A stretch of 64,000 nt of DNA from Octopus vulgaris (taxonomy: Eukaryota), in contig OX597830.1 of assembly GCA_951406725.2 (NCBI GenBank), positions 33,852,001 through 33,916,000 on the forward strand. The letters are read 5' to 3'. Below the pieces are notes generated by a model. That model was not told the DNA's origin and did not search any database. It saw only the letters and a list, made by a program, of their open reading frames with translations. Made by a program: the position numbers and the translations under genes. Below are positions 1 to 13,516 of this stretch, one piece after another (position 1 is the stretch's first letter; the number at the start of each line of letters is the position of its first letter).

Positions 1-509
1 TGAGTTTGTGCATGTATGTATAAGTGTTTGTGTGTGTGTGTGTGTGTGTGTTTGCATGTGTTTATAACTGATATACTTAAGTAAACAAATAGTTCAAAGG
101 GAAAATGCAATAGCTTTTGACAATATTAATTTGCACAAAATTCTTCGTTTTATATCTATCTATCTTGAAGATTACAGACGCACACAAACATACATGCATA
201 CACATACATATACATGCCTACATACATGTATACAAGAATATATATGGATACAAATACATATACACGCAGCTTTTCCCGTATGTAGATGCACACATTCATA
301 AAGATATGTGCATTAATTGTTTTCATCTTAAGATCCCTCCAAATGTCTGAATATTACTCAGTTCTACTCTATATTTTTCTCATGATTATTTCTTATCATT
401 CATAATCATCAAAGAAAACTCATTAAAAACAATATTTCACAAAAAGGAAATAAAAAAAAAATTAAATAACGCACAAATATGCAAGCGCATATGTTTGTAT
501 GAAATTATG

Positions 510-570
<61 letters not shown>

Positions 571-826
571 CCCTTGCAATTTCAAAGGGAGTTTATACAC
601 ATATGTATATCTGTGTGTATAAATACATATATATATATATATATATTGATTGATTGCAGCACGTTGCATGTTAATAACTATAATTTTTTTTTTACTTCCA
701 AAGTGAAAATAAATATTTAAAAAGACAATAAATAAAAAACAATAATGAAACTAAGGTGCAGAAAAAAAAAACAGGGCAAAATTACTAAGAAGTAATTACT
801 TGTATGACATGGGCAATGACCAAAGA

Positions 827-885
<59 letters not shown>

Positions 886-963
886 TGATGATAATAATAG
901 TGAAGAATATATTTGTAGAAATGGAAGAAAAAAAGGACCATGGGAACATTAAAAAATAAGAAC

Positions 964-1127
964 CTTCTTGGCCATAACAATTTGATTTTTGGCATAAGCT
1001 TCTGCCAACTGAGACTGCATATCAGATTCATGGACATTTTTGAAGAAATGTTGTTTCATGGCATCAACCTTGATAGATTCAACTAGATTGAAATGACCAG
1101 CTTAATCCAACAATTCCATTCTCTCTT
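964..1127 (-). other. Candidate exon (possible first coding exon or decayed exon)
   Basis: Long polypyrimidine tract and CAG acceptor. GCCATG opens MKQHFFKNVHESDMQSQLAEAYAKNQIVMAKK. The donor AAG|GTTCTT is weak. Confidence 0.25.
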
Positions 1128-3869
1128 CTGAAGAGGTAAATAAGGAGAAAGAATGAGAGAAAACTAAGTATAGAAAAACAAGACATTTGTGTGTGTCTGT
1201 GTATGTGTGTGTTTGTGTGTATCTCTGCATATACATATATATGTCATCATATCATTCATATATATATATATATAAATATATATGCATGCACACACATACA
1301 GCAAGATATCAAGAAGGAAATAATGGATAAAGCTAAGCTTCAATTTTTAATGGAATGAAGCTGAAATTAGGGAAGCATTCGTTGATGAAGTAAAAATTTG
1401 GTTAACTCTACAATCAAATGTCATAGCAACTGCTTTTTCCTGGAAATGAAAAAGCTTAGTTCAAAAGAAAGAAATTGAGGCTTTAGATTCTCTCATAGAT
1501 ATGTAATATATTGGCTCCTCTCAGTGCAAACTAACCTATTGGTTAGTTTGCAATTCTATTTAGAAGCCAGCGGAAATTATCAATATATGATTAAGACCAT
1601 GTTAGGGGTAATGTGTAAAAAAAAAAGACCCAAGTAAAAATGAAAAAAAATGAAACAAGCAAACACTAAAAGGCACAAAAATGCAATATATGCATGTGTA
1701 TATATATATATCTATATATCTCTCTATATATATATACATATATACACACACACACACATACAGGTTTATATATGTATATATATATGAGTGTGTCTGAATG
1801 TGTGTGTGTATAGATATATGCATACATATACACACTGATTTTTTTTCAGTCCAAGCAATGCCAGTATTGTAATTGGACATTAAGCTGCTGATGACGAAAA
1901 TGGCGGAGGTGGGGGAAGCCCCACCCCCACACACCCACCGCCGCCACAAAAAAGAAAAGCTAAAAAGACAAACAAAACAAAGTTAAAAGCTATAACAGAC
2001 AGACAAAAAAGAAGAAAGGGGAAGAAAAAAAAAAAAAGCTTCCAAATCCTGATGTTGTGTTATTTACATTAATTCTCATTTTGGAGTATTTGAACTTTTT
2101 AATTTAGCAAATAAATCTCTACATGTTTTACCAATTCTAATGAAGGACATCAAACGAAATGAATGTTTAGTAGAATTCTATATTCCGGTCGCATGATATT
2201 CCGAGCATTTGGCGCTGCTGGTGCCAAATGAAGCAGCAAAATTATTTCATCTAAGTTCTTTCACTCACGTTTTTATATATATATATATATGTATATACAT
2301 ATATGTTTGTATTTATTTATCTTTTTTCATTATTTTATTTTTTTTTTGGTTTTTGTTTTTATTCTCTTACTCTCCTCCCCCCTCCTTTTACCTTGCAATA
2401 TTGACGCAGATATAGCATCAAATAAAAACTGATGAAATTTCTTGCAGACTCATATCACTGATTCTTCGAACTCTACAGAATGTGATGCACATACACACTC
2501 ACACACACACACATACACACACACACACACACATACACACACACCTATATATATATATATATCTTTATATAAACGCATATATGCACAAAGAAGAAAGAAA
2601 AAATTGTCATCCTATCATTATCAATTCTAATATTATCATTACTAAGAGACATGGATTGCAGAGCTTCTAACGTGGTAGATTAAATAACTATTTAGTTATT
2701 TCTCTTAAACATTCTGAGTTCAAATCCCATAGTAGTTTACTTGGCCATTCCTGTTTGCAGCAGGGAACAGGGAATGCAAGGTGTCAGTAAAATAAGTACC
2801 AGTAATATATTTGGTTTGATCTAACCAGTCAAATCCTGCTTTAAAATGGCCTCAACCACATGGTAAAAATCTTAATTTTTGTAACATACTCCAACAATGG
2901 CAGCAGATTTGAAGAATTGTCAGAAAATTGCACAACATGGCGACATACATTATCATCATTCTCATAAATTCTTTTAACGTCCGATTTTCCATCATTTGCA
3001 GGAATGAGAAGGAATTTGTAGATGTAAGTTTTCTCTGACTTTCCTGCCATTAACCCTCACATGTTTCCAAGCAAAGTATTATCTTCCTAGGGCTTGATTG
3101 TATTTTCATAGAAGATTGGAAGAAAGATGTGGCACTTGCTTGCGTGATGGTGACATTCATCTACAACACTTGCCCAAGCTGCCATGCAGTAGGACTGAAC
3201 CCCAAAACCATGTGGTTGTAAAGCAAGCTTACCAGCTAAAACGTTGTGTCAGCAAGGAAATAGTCTAAAAAACAAAAATTGAGAGAAATCATAAAAAAAG
3301 GGTAATAAATGAAAAATTAGTGAAAAAAGCCCCATTATTATTCTTTTCTACTCACTACATCAGGTGTAGTGATCTGACTGCTGATCATTTCCACCACACA
3401 CTTATATTACTTAAAGAAATTTTGTGGGAGGAGGGCCAATCAATAAGATCGACCCCAGTATGCAACTGGTACTTAATATATTGACCCCGAAAGGATGAAA
3501 GGCAAAGTCGACCTCAGTGAAATTTGAATTCAGAACTCAAAGACAGACAAAATACTGTTAAGCATTTTGTGTGCTAACATGTCTGCCAGCTCACTAGTTA
3601 TTATGGATATTTCCCTTATTCTATCCCACACATAGCTAAGGAAGATATTTTGCTAATCTCTTTGTAGGCAACTGTGAGGGCTATCAGAAATCTTCTCCCT
3701 CTGTCTTCCAAGCTTCTTTCAGCTTACCAATCACCACCAAGTGTTCAAAGATTTGTTTAGAATTACATTATACAATTTAACATTTTATGGAAAAGGGTTT
3801 GTTTTTTGAGTGATGCTTGCTTTTGCTTTTAGTAAGTCAAGCACCATAGTAGATGCTCCCTTTTATGCT

Positions 3870-4440
3870 TTATTTTAGCCCCAGGTCAGCCCTGGTCAAA
3901 TATAATACCATCAAATGCTTTCCAAATATGATAGTGCAGTCTTTTCTGCTTTCTTAACAGCCTTTCTGGAACCAAATTAAACAAAATATGTAGTTTGAGG
4001 GAAATTTAGGTGTTATTTCTAATCAGTCAAGTGATTACAAAGTTTATCTTGTTCATTAGCAAGTTTTATTTTGTTTTTATTTTGTAAAATCACATTTTTG
4101 AAATCGTTTTACTTCTTCAAATTTATTTACTTTTTATTCTAATTATTTTTATCAAATCAAAATATAGTCAATTGCTCATCACGACCAATTAATTGATTGT
4201 GCATTCCTTTCAGCATTAATCATACAAGTTGTTAATATTTAGCCCCAGGCCAAACCTAATGAAGATCTATGTTCAACAACATTCTAGCTCTGACCATCCC
4301 ATGCTGTTTTAAAGCAATGTCAGACTACATAATCTCATATGACTTGTCCTTATTTAAGATGATAAAGAGCAATTTGAGGGTGATTTGGCTACTAATTCCA
4401 GCAGGCCAAACAACTATATAAAGGTTCCTTCATTGGCTTT
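3870..4440. repeat. Old dispersed repeat family E (two degenerate copies)
   Basis: Motifs agccccaggtcagccctg..tgaccatccc..ttgagggagatttggctgctatttctagcagg recur at about 6955-7180 (inverted), 7270-7510, 14340-14710, 25195-25360, 51680-51870, 54130-54330 and 60690-60860. Confidence 0.6.
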
Positions 4441-5343
4441 TAATTATACAGGTGTTAATGTAGAGTGGTGCTGCTAAGCTACATACAAGATGAGTCAGCA
4501 ATACAAGTTTGATAACCTGTTGCACTTCACTAACTTGTCATGTTTGCAATTAGCTCTACTTGTCCTTGATACTACATTGCATTAAGATGAATTCTTTGGT
4601 GGTGATTTAATGCCCCATTAACCATTATGAGCCATTTTTTCCCTTCATAGTGTTAATTATTACACCATTGTGAGTGCTGGGCTAAAAGATAGAAAAATCA
4701 TAGAAATGGTTATTTGGTGGTGGAGGCAGTGATGGTGGTGGCAGCAGCAATGGTGGTGGTTGTAAAATTTAAAATATTATTATCTTCAATTTTCATCATC
4801 ATCATCATCATCATCGTCGTCAGCATCACCAGCAGCAGTAGAGGCTGTAGCTGCAGCTGCAATTGTACAAGTAACAACAAACCAAGTTTGAAGTCAGTCT
4901 CACAGCCATGTCAAAGAAATGTGTATCAATTACTCGGTCTTGGATACAAGTATAGTCATGTGGTAAAGAAATTTACTTTGCAATCACTTAGCATCAAGCT
5001 CAACTCCACCGAGATGCAATTGGAACAAATAAAATGTAGTCTACTCCAGATATCCTGGGATCAGCTTAAATTGTGTGAATACCAGAAGTTATGCAGAAGC
5101 TTGTCAATAAGATTGTATTTCTCTTTGGGTTTTAAAATGAACTGTTGCTTTGTTCAACAATACCTTCTAGTTCCCAGATACCCAAGATAGGTTACATTGT
5201 ACACTGTGCTGCAAGTATAGGGCTCAAGGAGATTAAGATTTCCATTCCTCTTTCTCATTAGTCTCAAAGACCTTACAAGTCTTTGAGACTAATGGTCATG
5301 GACATGTTCAGTCCTCCTCTGACTAAGACCTGAAAATAATTCA

Positions 5344-5482
5344 TTTCACCTTTAGAACATTTAGGTGCATCATGGTGTCAAACGAGTTTTCTCCCCTGTA
5401 GTTGCAGGTGCATTGCCTCACATAGAGAAGGGAGAAAGCTCGTACAGTGACATGATGTATCTACAACTTGCTAAAGGTTAAA
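5344..5482. mobile_element. Degenerate foldback MITE with TTAA-type ends
   Basis: Left end ttcacctttag and right end ctaaaggttaa are reverse complements with one mismatch. Internal arms catcatg..acgagttttctccc and gggagaaagctcgt..catgatg also pair. Confidence 0.5.
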
Positions 5483-5687
5483 TCTAACTTGGTATGTTTA
5501 AGATAAGAGCAAAAAAATCTAGTCCAGTACATACTTTTACCATCATCATTACTTAACACGTAATTTCCAATGCCTACATGTGTCAAATAGAGTTAATCAA
5601 GGTAGATCTCCAATAGCAAGACATCCTTCCTGTAGTCAACCTAGTTCTTTATATTTCTGAATTCAAATCACACCAAAGCTTACTTGT

Positions 5688-5905
5688 TATTTCTTTACTG
5701 CCCACAAGGGGCTACACACAGAGGGGACAAAAATGGACAGACAAACGGATTAAGTCGATTATATCGACCCCAGTGCGAAACTGGTACTTACAAAAGGATG
5801 AAAGGCAAAGTGGACCTCGGTGGAATTTGAACTCAGAATGTAGCAGCAGACGAAATACTGCTAAGCATTTCGCCCTGCATGCTAACGTTTCTGCTAGCTC
5901 GCCTA
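5688..5905 (-). mobile_element. SINE family B (tRNA-like A/B boxes, central ..TTTCATCCTTT..AAGTACCAG domain)
   Basis: Reverse complement of the family-B copy at 61232-61465, including the same gtcccctct..gccccttgtgggcagtaaagaaata tail. Confidence 0.8.
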
Positions 5906-6080
5906 CTTGTGTGAGAAACTGAACCCAATCCATGATCTAACACCACCATCCGATCCCTGCCAGCTTTTAACAGAGTTCACTCAGCTATAAACATTTGGGT
6001 GAAACGTTTGGTTCAAGGATACCTTCCTCCATTTTTTTCATTTAGTCTTGGAACCATGGAACAGCTCTTCCTGGCTCTCT

Positions 6081-6298
6081 CTTTTTACTCTTTTACTTGT
6101 TTCAGTCATTTGACTGCGGCCATGCTGGAGCACCACCTTTAGTCGAGCAAATCGACCCCAGGACTTATTCTTTGTAAGCCCAGTACTTATTCTATTGGTC
6201 TATTTTGCCAAACTGCTAAGTGACGGGGACGGAAACACACCAGCACCGGTTGTCAAGCAATGCTAGAGGGACAAACACAGACACACAAACATATACAT

Positions 6299-6335
<37 letters not shown>

Positions 6336-6498
6336 CGACAGGCTTCTTTCAGTTTCCGTCTACCAAATCCACTCACAAGGCTTTGGTCGGCCCGAGGCTA
6401 TAGCAGAAGACACTTGCCCAAGATGCCACGCAGTGGGACTGAACCTGGAACCATGTGGTTGGTTAGCAAGCTACTTACCACACAGCCACTCCTGCGCC
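6081..6498 (-). mobile_element. SINE family A, full length, with internal (TA)n/(CA)n microsatellite
   Basis: Minus strand: GGCGCAGGAGTGGCTGTGTGG (A box), GGTTCAGTCCC (B box), microsatellite, then ATGACTGAAACAAGTAAAAGAG tail. Near-identical to 35950-36348 and 46565-47019. Confidence 0.9.
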
Positions 6499-8545
6499 TA
6501 TATTCAATTAGGCTGACTATTCAATTAAAATAAATGATAAGTTAATGATAACTGCAATTCTTATATTCACTTCAGAATTCCTTTCTATTTGTGGTGAATG
6601 AAGTTTTGCTGGTTCTAGCAATGTTCCTGTAATTTAGATTGGTCTCTACAATACAATAGAAGAGTTCTCTTTGTCTTTCACAGTTGTCTGAGTTGACAAC
6701 AAGGACATAGCATACAATAAGTCATGATAACAACTGTTACCATTTTCCTGTTATCAGTTATGTGTATAACAAATACAAATGATTTTTTTTCTAATTTTGG
6801 CATAAGGCCAGCAATTTTGAGGTGAGGGTGCAGGTCAGTTACATTGACCTCAGTACTTGACAGACACTTGTTTTATTGACTCCAAAAGAACAAAAGTGCT
6901 TTTCATTGACTTCAGAATATTTGAGCTCAACTGCTGCGTAATCTTGATGCTTATAAGGGAACCTCTATACGGTTACTAAACCTAATTAAACATAAAGAAT
7001 GCCAAATCTTCCTCAAATCACACTCATCTCTTTGAAAAGAGGACAGCTGCCTCGGATAATATAGTTTCTGATACACAGAAAAATAGGGGCGATCCATGAC
7101 AAGAGTGCTTTGAATTAATGGGGAATTTTCTTCAAAAGGGGCTAATCTTGAGTAACAGAAGCAGGGTTTAAACAATAATGTGCTATTTCTAATAGGAGTG
7201 TCGTGGATGGAATAATTTGCTTATAAATTTCCATAGATAGCTTTAACTTAGGATAGATTTCAAAATTGTCAGGAGCGATTGGTTGTGACAGACTATTTAA
7301 GAACATTCTTTATGATATTGTTTCACCATAGGTTTACTCAGATTGAACTTTCTATGAACAACGGCATTCCAACTATGACCTTCCCATCTTATATTTAAAC
7401 ATAACATATTGGGCTACATTCTCCAAAGTATCTTTTCCATATATGTGAAATAAAAGTGTAATATGCAGGAGATTTAGCTATCATTTCTGGTAGATAGAAT
7501 GACTTCTCAGTCTCTTTGGTTTGGTATTGTTTGTGTGTCATATGCATGTGAAAATACAAATAAACACATTAGGAACCTAAAACTTTCATAGAGTGGAATA
7601 TGTGTGTATTAATAAACATCCATTACTGCACAGTTTCTCCAGTATGGAAAGTTACAATCCATGTAAGTGAAAGTCTGCTGCAATGGGCAAGTAACTAACC
7701 TGTTAAGCAGTTTAACACATGTGTACATGTCTTCTGTGGACACACATACATGAGCCCATCTTATCACAAATATATGAAATGGGATTGGCGTATTCCCTTT
7801 GTCATCTTACAGGTAACCAGTCATATGTGCAAAAAGTAAATGAATCATCCAGACTTCAATTCATATATAACTTTAAATAAATGATTGGTGTTATCCCCCT
7901 TCATGTTTAACATTAATGAATGTGAAAATGGCATAAATTTCACATCTCTTCATTTCACTGACTCTAGAATTGGAAGCGCCATCTAAACAAATTCTTGCTG
8001 TGTTGCAAAAGAAATTTCTTATGCTTAACTGGAGATAAAAGTTTTCTAGTTGGGAGTGTAAAAATTGAGTAGGTTATCTAAAATCATTTTAAGTATGATA
8101 TATATATAATTATAAGTAATATTAAAAACTCTATTTATGAGTTTGTGTGTGGGCAAGTATATATGTGTTTGCTTGTGTGAACATTCCACTTTAATTTCTA
8201 ACCTTCTTAAAGAATACATATTTTATTGGTTTTCGTTTATGTGTTACACAATTTACAAATATGCTTTACTAATGTTAAAATTGTAGACAAACCAGTCATT
8301 TGAAGGCTTCAGTTATAATATTGCAATGAAGTTTATTATTATTATAATTATCATTATTTTCCATTCCCTTGCTCTCAAAAATCACTAGTTGGAATATAAA
8401 AGAATGGCAAATTATATAAAATGGAGAAAATAACTAAATATATAAATACGCACACACACACACACACACACACATACACACACATACACATACACACATA
8501 TATATATATATATATATACATACAATCATACAAATATGTATAAAC

Positions 8546-8586
<41 letters not shown>

Positions 8587-9295
8587 TATATATATACGTA
8601 TGTATGTATGAATGAAACTAAATTATATGTAATATCACAGACAAAAATTAATGTATAAAATACATAGGCTCAATAATAGTAATGTGATAGCAACAACAAT
8701 GAGGACAGCAACAACAATAACAAAAATAACAACAATAACAAAATACACCCTCATCAATATAAAAGTGCAAAAGAAAAAAATTAAGAAATAAAATTTAAGG
8801 AAGAATAATTTTTCTCTTAGAATTAAAGAAAAATATATATAATATAAAATAAAAGCTCTGATACATTTAAAAAATATAATTTAGAATGTTTCATTATTAA
8901 AAATACAAAATTTCTTCGAAAACATTTCGACAGGCTTACACGTATTCAAATACAAATACAGAGATGCACAAACATATACATATATTTCTATATGTATCTC
9001 TTAACACAGATACGCAGATGAAAATGGACACACACACACACACACACGCACACACACAAAGACATACACATACGCACATATACACACAAACACACACATA
9101 TAACAAATGATAAATGTTTGTAAAAAACATATTCCTTTGACTAACACTCTGATGGTAAAAATTCAAATCAAATATAATTTTGTGCACAAAATAAGCAAAA
9201 ATGATACAAAAGAAATACATAAATAAAATACACAAGCACACATGTATAAGTGTGTGTATGTATATATGTATATCTATATATACATATATATATAC

Positions 9296-9341
<46 letters not shown>

Positions 9342-9779
9342 ATGTATCTATGATTATATATATTCATTCTTTTACTTGGCACCTGAACAATAAGTAATAC
9401 TGGAGTGAACTTTGCCTTAGAACATAACAGCGCATTGCATTCTTGTTAGTATTCTTTTGGTCTTTCGTTATCAGTCTCTCTCTTTCTCTCATGCTTGTTC
9501 TGTGTGTGCATGTGTGCACAAACATGTGCGTATTTAAATACACACACACACACATATGTATGTGTATGTATATTCTGCATACGTATGGTCTTTTTTCACC
9601 CTTTGACTCCTGCCCCCAACACAGCCCCCAAAAATATTTCATCATTGCTGTCTCCTCTCCATCTCTTATTGTATCTTCTCCTCCCAGTTTCAATTCCCTG
9701 CAAAGAAACACTATTATCACATCAACACCATCAAAAACAACAACAGCAACAGTAAGAATAATGTGTGTGTGTGTATGTA

Positions 9780-9851
<72 letters not shown>

Positions 9852-9958
9852 CGTGCGTGTGTGTGTGTGTATAAAAATCACAAGTAATGAAATAATAAAT
9901 ATGTAGAAATTCCATCTCTGCAAAACAAAAATTACTACTCCTACTCCTATTACTACTG

Positions 9959-9997
<39 letters not shown>

Positions 9998-10037
9998 GTT
10001 ATTATTGTTATTATTGTTATCATTACTATTTTCATCG

Positions 10038-10592
10038 TTGAGTGAGAGAGTAGTACATGGCATCAAAGCGACACTGGGGTACAATTATACACAGCCCAGT
10101 ATACCCATCATCACTACCCATCTGATAAGGGTACACTAGGTACATACATCACAACCATGAGTGTGACATAGTGATCTTATATCAAGATAAACAGCACATG
10201 ACCTTACAGATGGGGCCCAGTTAGAATTTTCTTCAGGACGAGTAGCTCATCCTGCTCAAAAGGTCCCTGAATATGGTTTGTTTAAAGATGATGAACAAAA
10301 CACAAATGTTTCCAGAGGTGAATTATTCAAACCTCTTGAATTCCTCTCAACACATAGCTATAATGCTCCCCCACTATGTCTGCTCGTGGTCAGAGATGCA
10401 GATATCATCAGCCACCAAGAGACATGCTCAACTGGTTAAGGTCAAACAACACACAAGGAAATCTGTGGTACTGAGCAGAATATTTGCTGTAACCCATCTG
10501 TTATACCATGACAAAACAATGTACATGATAACACTTGCAATTAGTTAAGGTGAAAAGCAATGAAAGCCAGTGCCTGGTATTGCATCAAGACA
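10038..10592 (-). mobile_element. Family D non-coding interspersed element (about 550 bp) embedded in (TAA)n
   Basis: Aligns end to end with 38424-38975 (opposite strand) and with 63102-63456. Flanked by (TTA)n on both sides. Confidence 0.8.
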
Positions 10593-10633
10593 TATCATTA
10601 TTGTTATTGTTGTTGTTGTTATTATTATTATTA

Positions 10634-10695
<62 letters not shown>

Positions 10696-10696
<1 letters not shown>

Positions 10697-10880
10697 CCTC
10701 ATAAGACAGTGTAGGTAAAAATGCACCAGAGTCTTTAGTTGTCTGTCAAGTCACAACAAAGACCTGACAGATAATACTTTTGTTAAGATGTGCGCTGTGC
10801 CCAATAAAGCTGCTTTTTGCAAGACATCAATCTTGCATGGGATTTCCAGTTGCCTTAAGAAGTGGGAAATGCTAGGATTA
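10696..10880 (-). mobile_element. R4/Dong-type non-LTR retrotransposon 3' end (restriction-like endonuclease C-terminus)
   Basis: Minus strand translates as PSISHFLRQLEIPCKIDVLQKAALLGTAHILTKVLSV, the LQKAxLLGTAxILRKVL motif of R4/Dong elements. Followed by a short 3'UTR and an (AAT)n tract. Confidence 0.75.
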
Positions 10881-11073
10881 TGAAAACTATGTAATGTAAT
10901 TAGGTTTGGATATGCAAGAAAATTCCTTTTAACATCAGGTGCAGTTGTGTGATTTAGAAATCTGCTTCACAGGCACAAGTTTCTTAGTTTAATTCCATTA
11001 TACAAGACCTTGGGAAAATGCCATCTTCTGAAACCTTGAGTTCACCATTGCTCACTTATAATAATTATAACAA

Positions 11074-12335
11074 TTTTTTTTTTTTGTGATAGGGGCATCA
11101 GATGTAAAAGACATTATAAGAATTGCTTACAATTTATGTGGGGGTCTTGCTTAAAAGATAGAAGAAAGAAAGGAAAAGACAGAGAAATGAGATAAACCAT
11201 GAGAAACAAAGAATGAGAAGATATAAATGATGCAATTCTTTTGATACAGGAGGACATCCAGCAAGGGCCAATCAAGAGACCCCATGATTCAGGGTCACCC
11301 TGGTCAGCAAAACTCATAGGCTCTCACCCAGTTGTTGTTCTCTAATTAACTGGCCCTGGGAAAAAGCACTTCCCACTCCACACTCACTTTACTTTCCAAG
11401 GAGAGCTAAAAAGAATTTGATAGGGGTTTGACCTCCTTTGTCATAGCCACTGGACAGAAAAACACTATCTGCCCTACCTTGTTAAAGGCAGCTGGTGGGG
11501 CAATCTTCACAATGGACTCAGCTGATATTTGAATTCATCCTACATTTGACAACAGTTGTTTGCAAAGTCAGAAATGCTTGAATGCTGCATGGGTGCATGC
11601 AGTATGGTTTTGTCATTCTGTGCACATCTTGTGAGGTCCTAATTGGCAGTACTTCTGTGTTTGTAGTACTTATCTTGAACCAGAAGTGCCCCTCAGTAGC
11701 ACAATCAAGCCAGGGATTCCTAGAAGTTATTCATAGCAGATCACAGCCTGAAAGTCTGAAACCAACCAGCTAATTCATCTTTGCTGAAGCCCAGAATTTC
11801 TCCAAGAATGTCATCACTCTGAGCCTACCAATATCTTTCTAAGATCGCTAACATAGACCTTCCAACACTGGTAAAAGACAGTGGGTGTCTTGTAACATTT
11901 CATTTCTCAGGCACCCAATCTTGGTCTTTTCTTGACCCAGGACTTCAGCTCCATGAAAGAGATGAGCTGCAGAAAAATGTGTCTTGTATACAGAGATCAC
12001 ACTGGTTCACCATTCACAAAAATCTGTAGATGTGTGGCTTCCATGTATGCCTTCATATCAACAGGTATGGCATGCTAAGCCTGCCTTCTGGAGGGAACTG
12101 GCAACAGATGGACCACCTAACTAGTGGAAAGCATCCTTTCCACAGGAAAGAGAAAAGTAGATGATCCAGTCTGGCCAAACATGAACTGGGACAAGTTACA
12201 ATGGTCAGGTGGTAAGTTATTACAAAGGCAATGTAGGCATTCACCACTTCTGCTCAATGTTCGATGGATAGTTTCTATTCAGCCAATTTCTGAGTGGAGC
12301 TGACTACTTTTCTTGTAACTGCCAGTCCTCCATAA
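11074..12335 (-). pseudogene. Decayed Tx1/L1-clade LINE 3' portion (RT C-terminus and zf-RVT region)
   Basis: Minus-strand peptides KLSIEH*AEVVNAYIAFVITYHL..LDHLLFSFLWKG..EGRLSMP and LA*LCY*GALLVQDK..RCAQNDKTILHA. Poly(A) tail seen as a T-run at 11074-11085. Many stops and deletions. Confidence 0.7.
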
Positions 12336-12350
12336 AAATAAATATATATA

Positions 12351-12540
12351 CTCTTACTTGTTTCAGTCATTTGACTGTGGCCATGTTGGAGCACCGCCTT
12401 TCAAATCAACCCCAGAACTTATTGTTTGTAAGCCTAGTACTTATTCTATCGGTCTCTTTTGCCAAACTGCTAAGTTATGGGGATGTAAACACACCAGCAT
12501 CAGTTGTCGAGCGATGTTGGGGGGACAAACACAGACACAC

Positions 12541-12587
<47 letters not shown>

Positions 12588-12754
12588 CATATATACGATG
12601 GTCTTCTTTCAGTTTCCCTCTACCAAATTAACTCACAAGGCTTTGGATGACCCGAGGCTATAGTAGAAGACACTTGCCCAAGGTGCCAAGCAGTGGGACT
12701 GAACCCAGAGCCATGTGGTTGGTAAGCAAGCTACTTACCACACAGCCACTCCTG
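12351..12754 (-). mobile_element. SINE family A, full length
   Basis: Same head, internal (CA)n/(TA)n and tail as 6081-6498. Confidence 0.88.
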
Positions 12755-13356
12755 GAAGAAACTGTTATGGTTCAGATACAAGATAATCTCTAACCTGTGA
12801 AAACATAACTGAAAAATGTTACCAATAAAATCCAATATATTGACCAAAAACTCGAGGCACAATATATTGAGTTGCAATATTTATGAAGATTACTGTTACA
12901 GAGTATCAGGGCCAATTTCACAATCAAATTTCTTTAATTTAATTTTCATAGTTAACTAATCTCACAGAAATAAAAACGTTACCCATAGATCTTGGCTTTT
13001 TCCTTCCTTTTCCTCATCAGGTTTGTTTATCTTGTCAACATCATAGGCACTGCTCTTCTCCTTTGACTGAAAAAGGCGAGGGGCAAGTTTAGCCTGTGAG
13101 ATTTGAACTTTGAACTCGAAGTAGTGAAAGAGACTGCTGTAAAGTAATCTTTATTCTGTTACTTTTCTATTTAGACTAATTTCTTTGTCCTTATTTTAAA
13201 AAGTAAATCCATTGTACGTGTTGTAGATATTGTTGGAATGTTTTGTAACCATGACCCAACTGTTTTGTTCTCTCGTATTCTGAACATAACACAAGCTGGT
13301 CATCGTTGGAATGTCATTCATTGCAGGTGTATTCAATGTAATTGTCTGTTATTCAG

Positions 13357-13516
13357 GTAATTATCATCATGATAATGATGATGATCTGACTAAGAAAGCA
13401 TGTAACTGGGCTGAATGGGGTCGCAAGAAGATTTTCATGAACGATCAAAAGATTCAAAATCTTGATAATCTAGTTGGTAATCCTATACCATCATATAAGT
13501 GCTCTTCAAAGTCAGT
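13357..13516 (+). other. Candidate internal exon
   Basis: ttgtctgttattcag| acceptor, open frame NYHHDNDDDLTKKACNWAEWGRKKIFMNDQKIQNLDNLVGNPIPSYKCSSKS, then |GTAAGT donor. No recognised homology. Confidence 0.2.
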
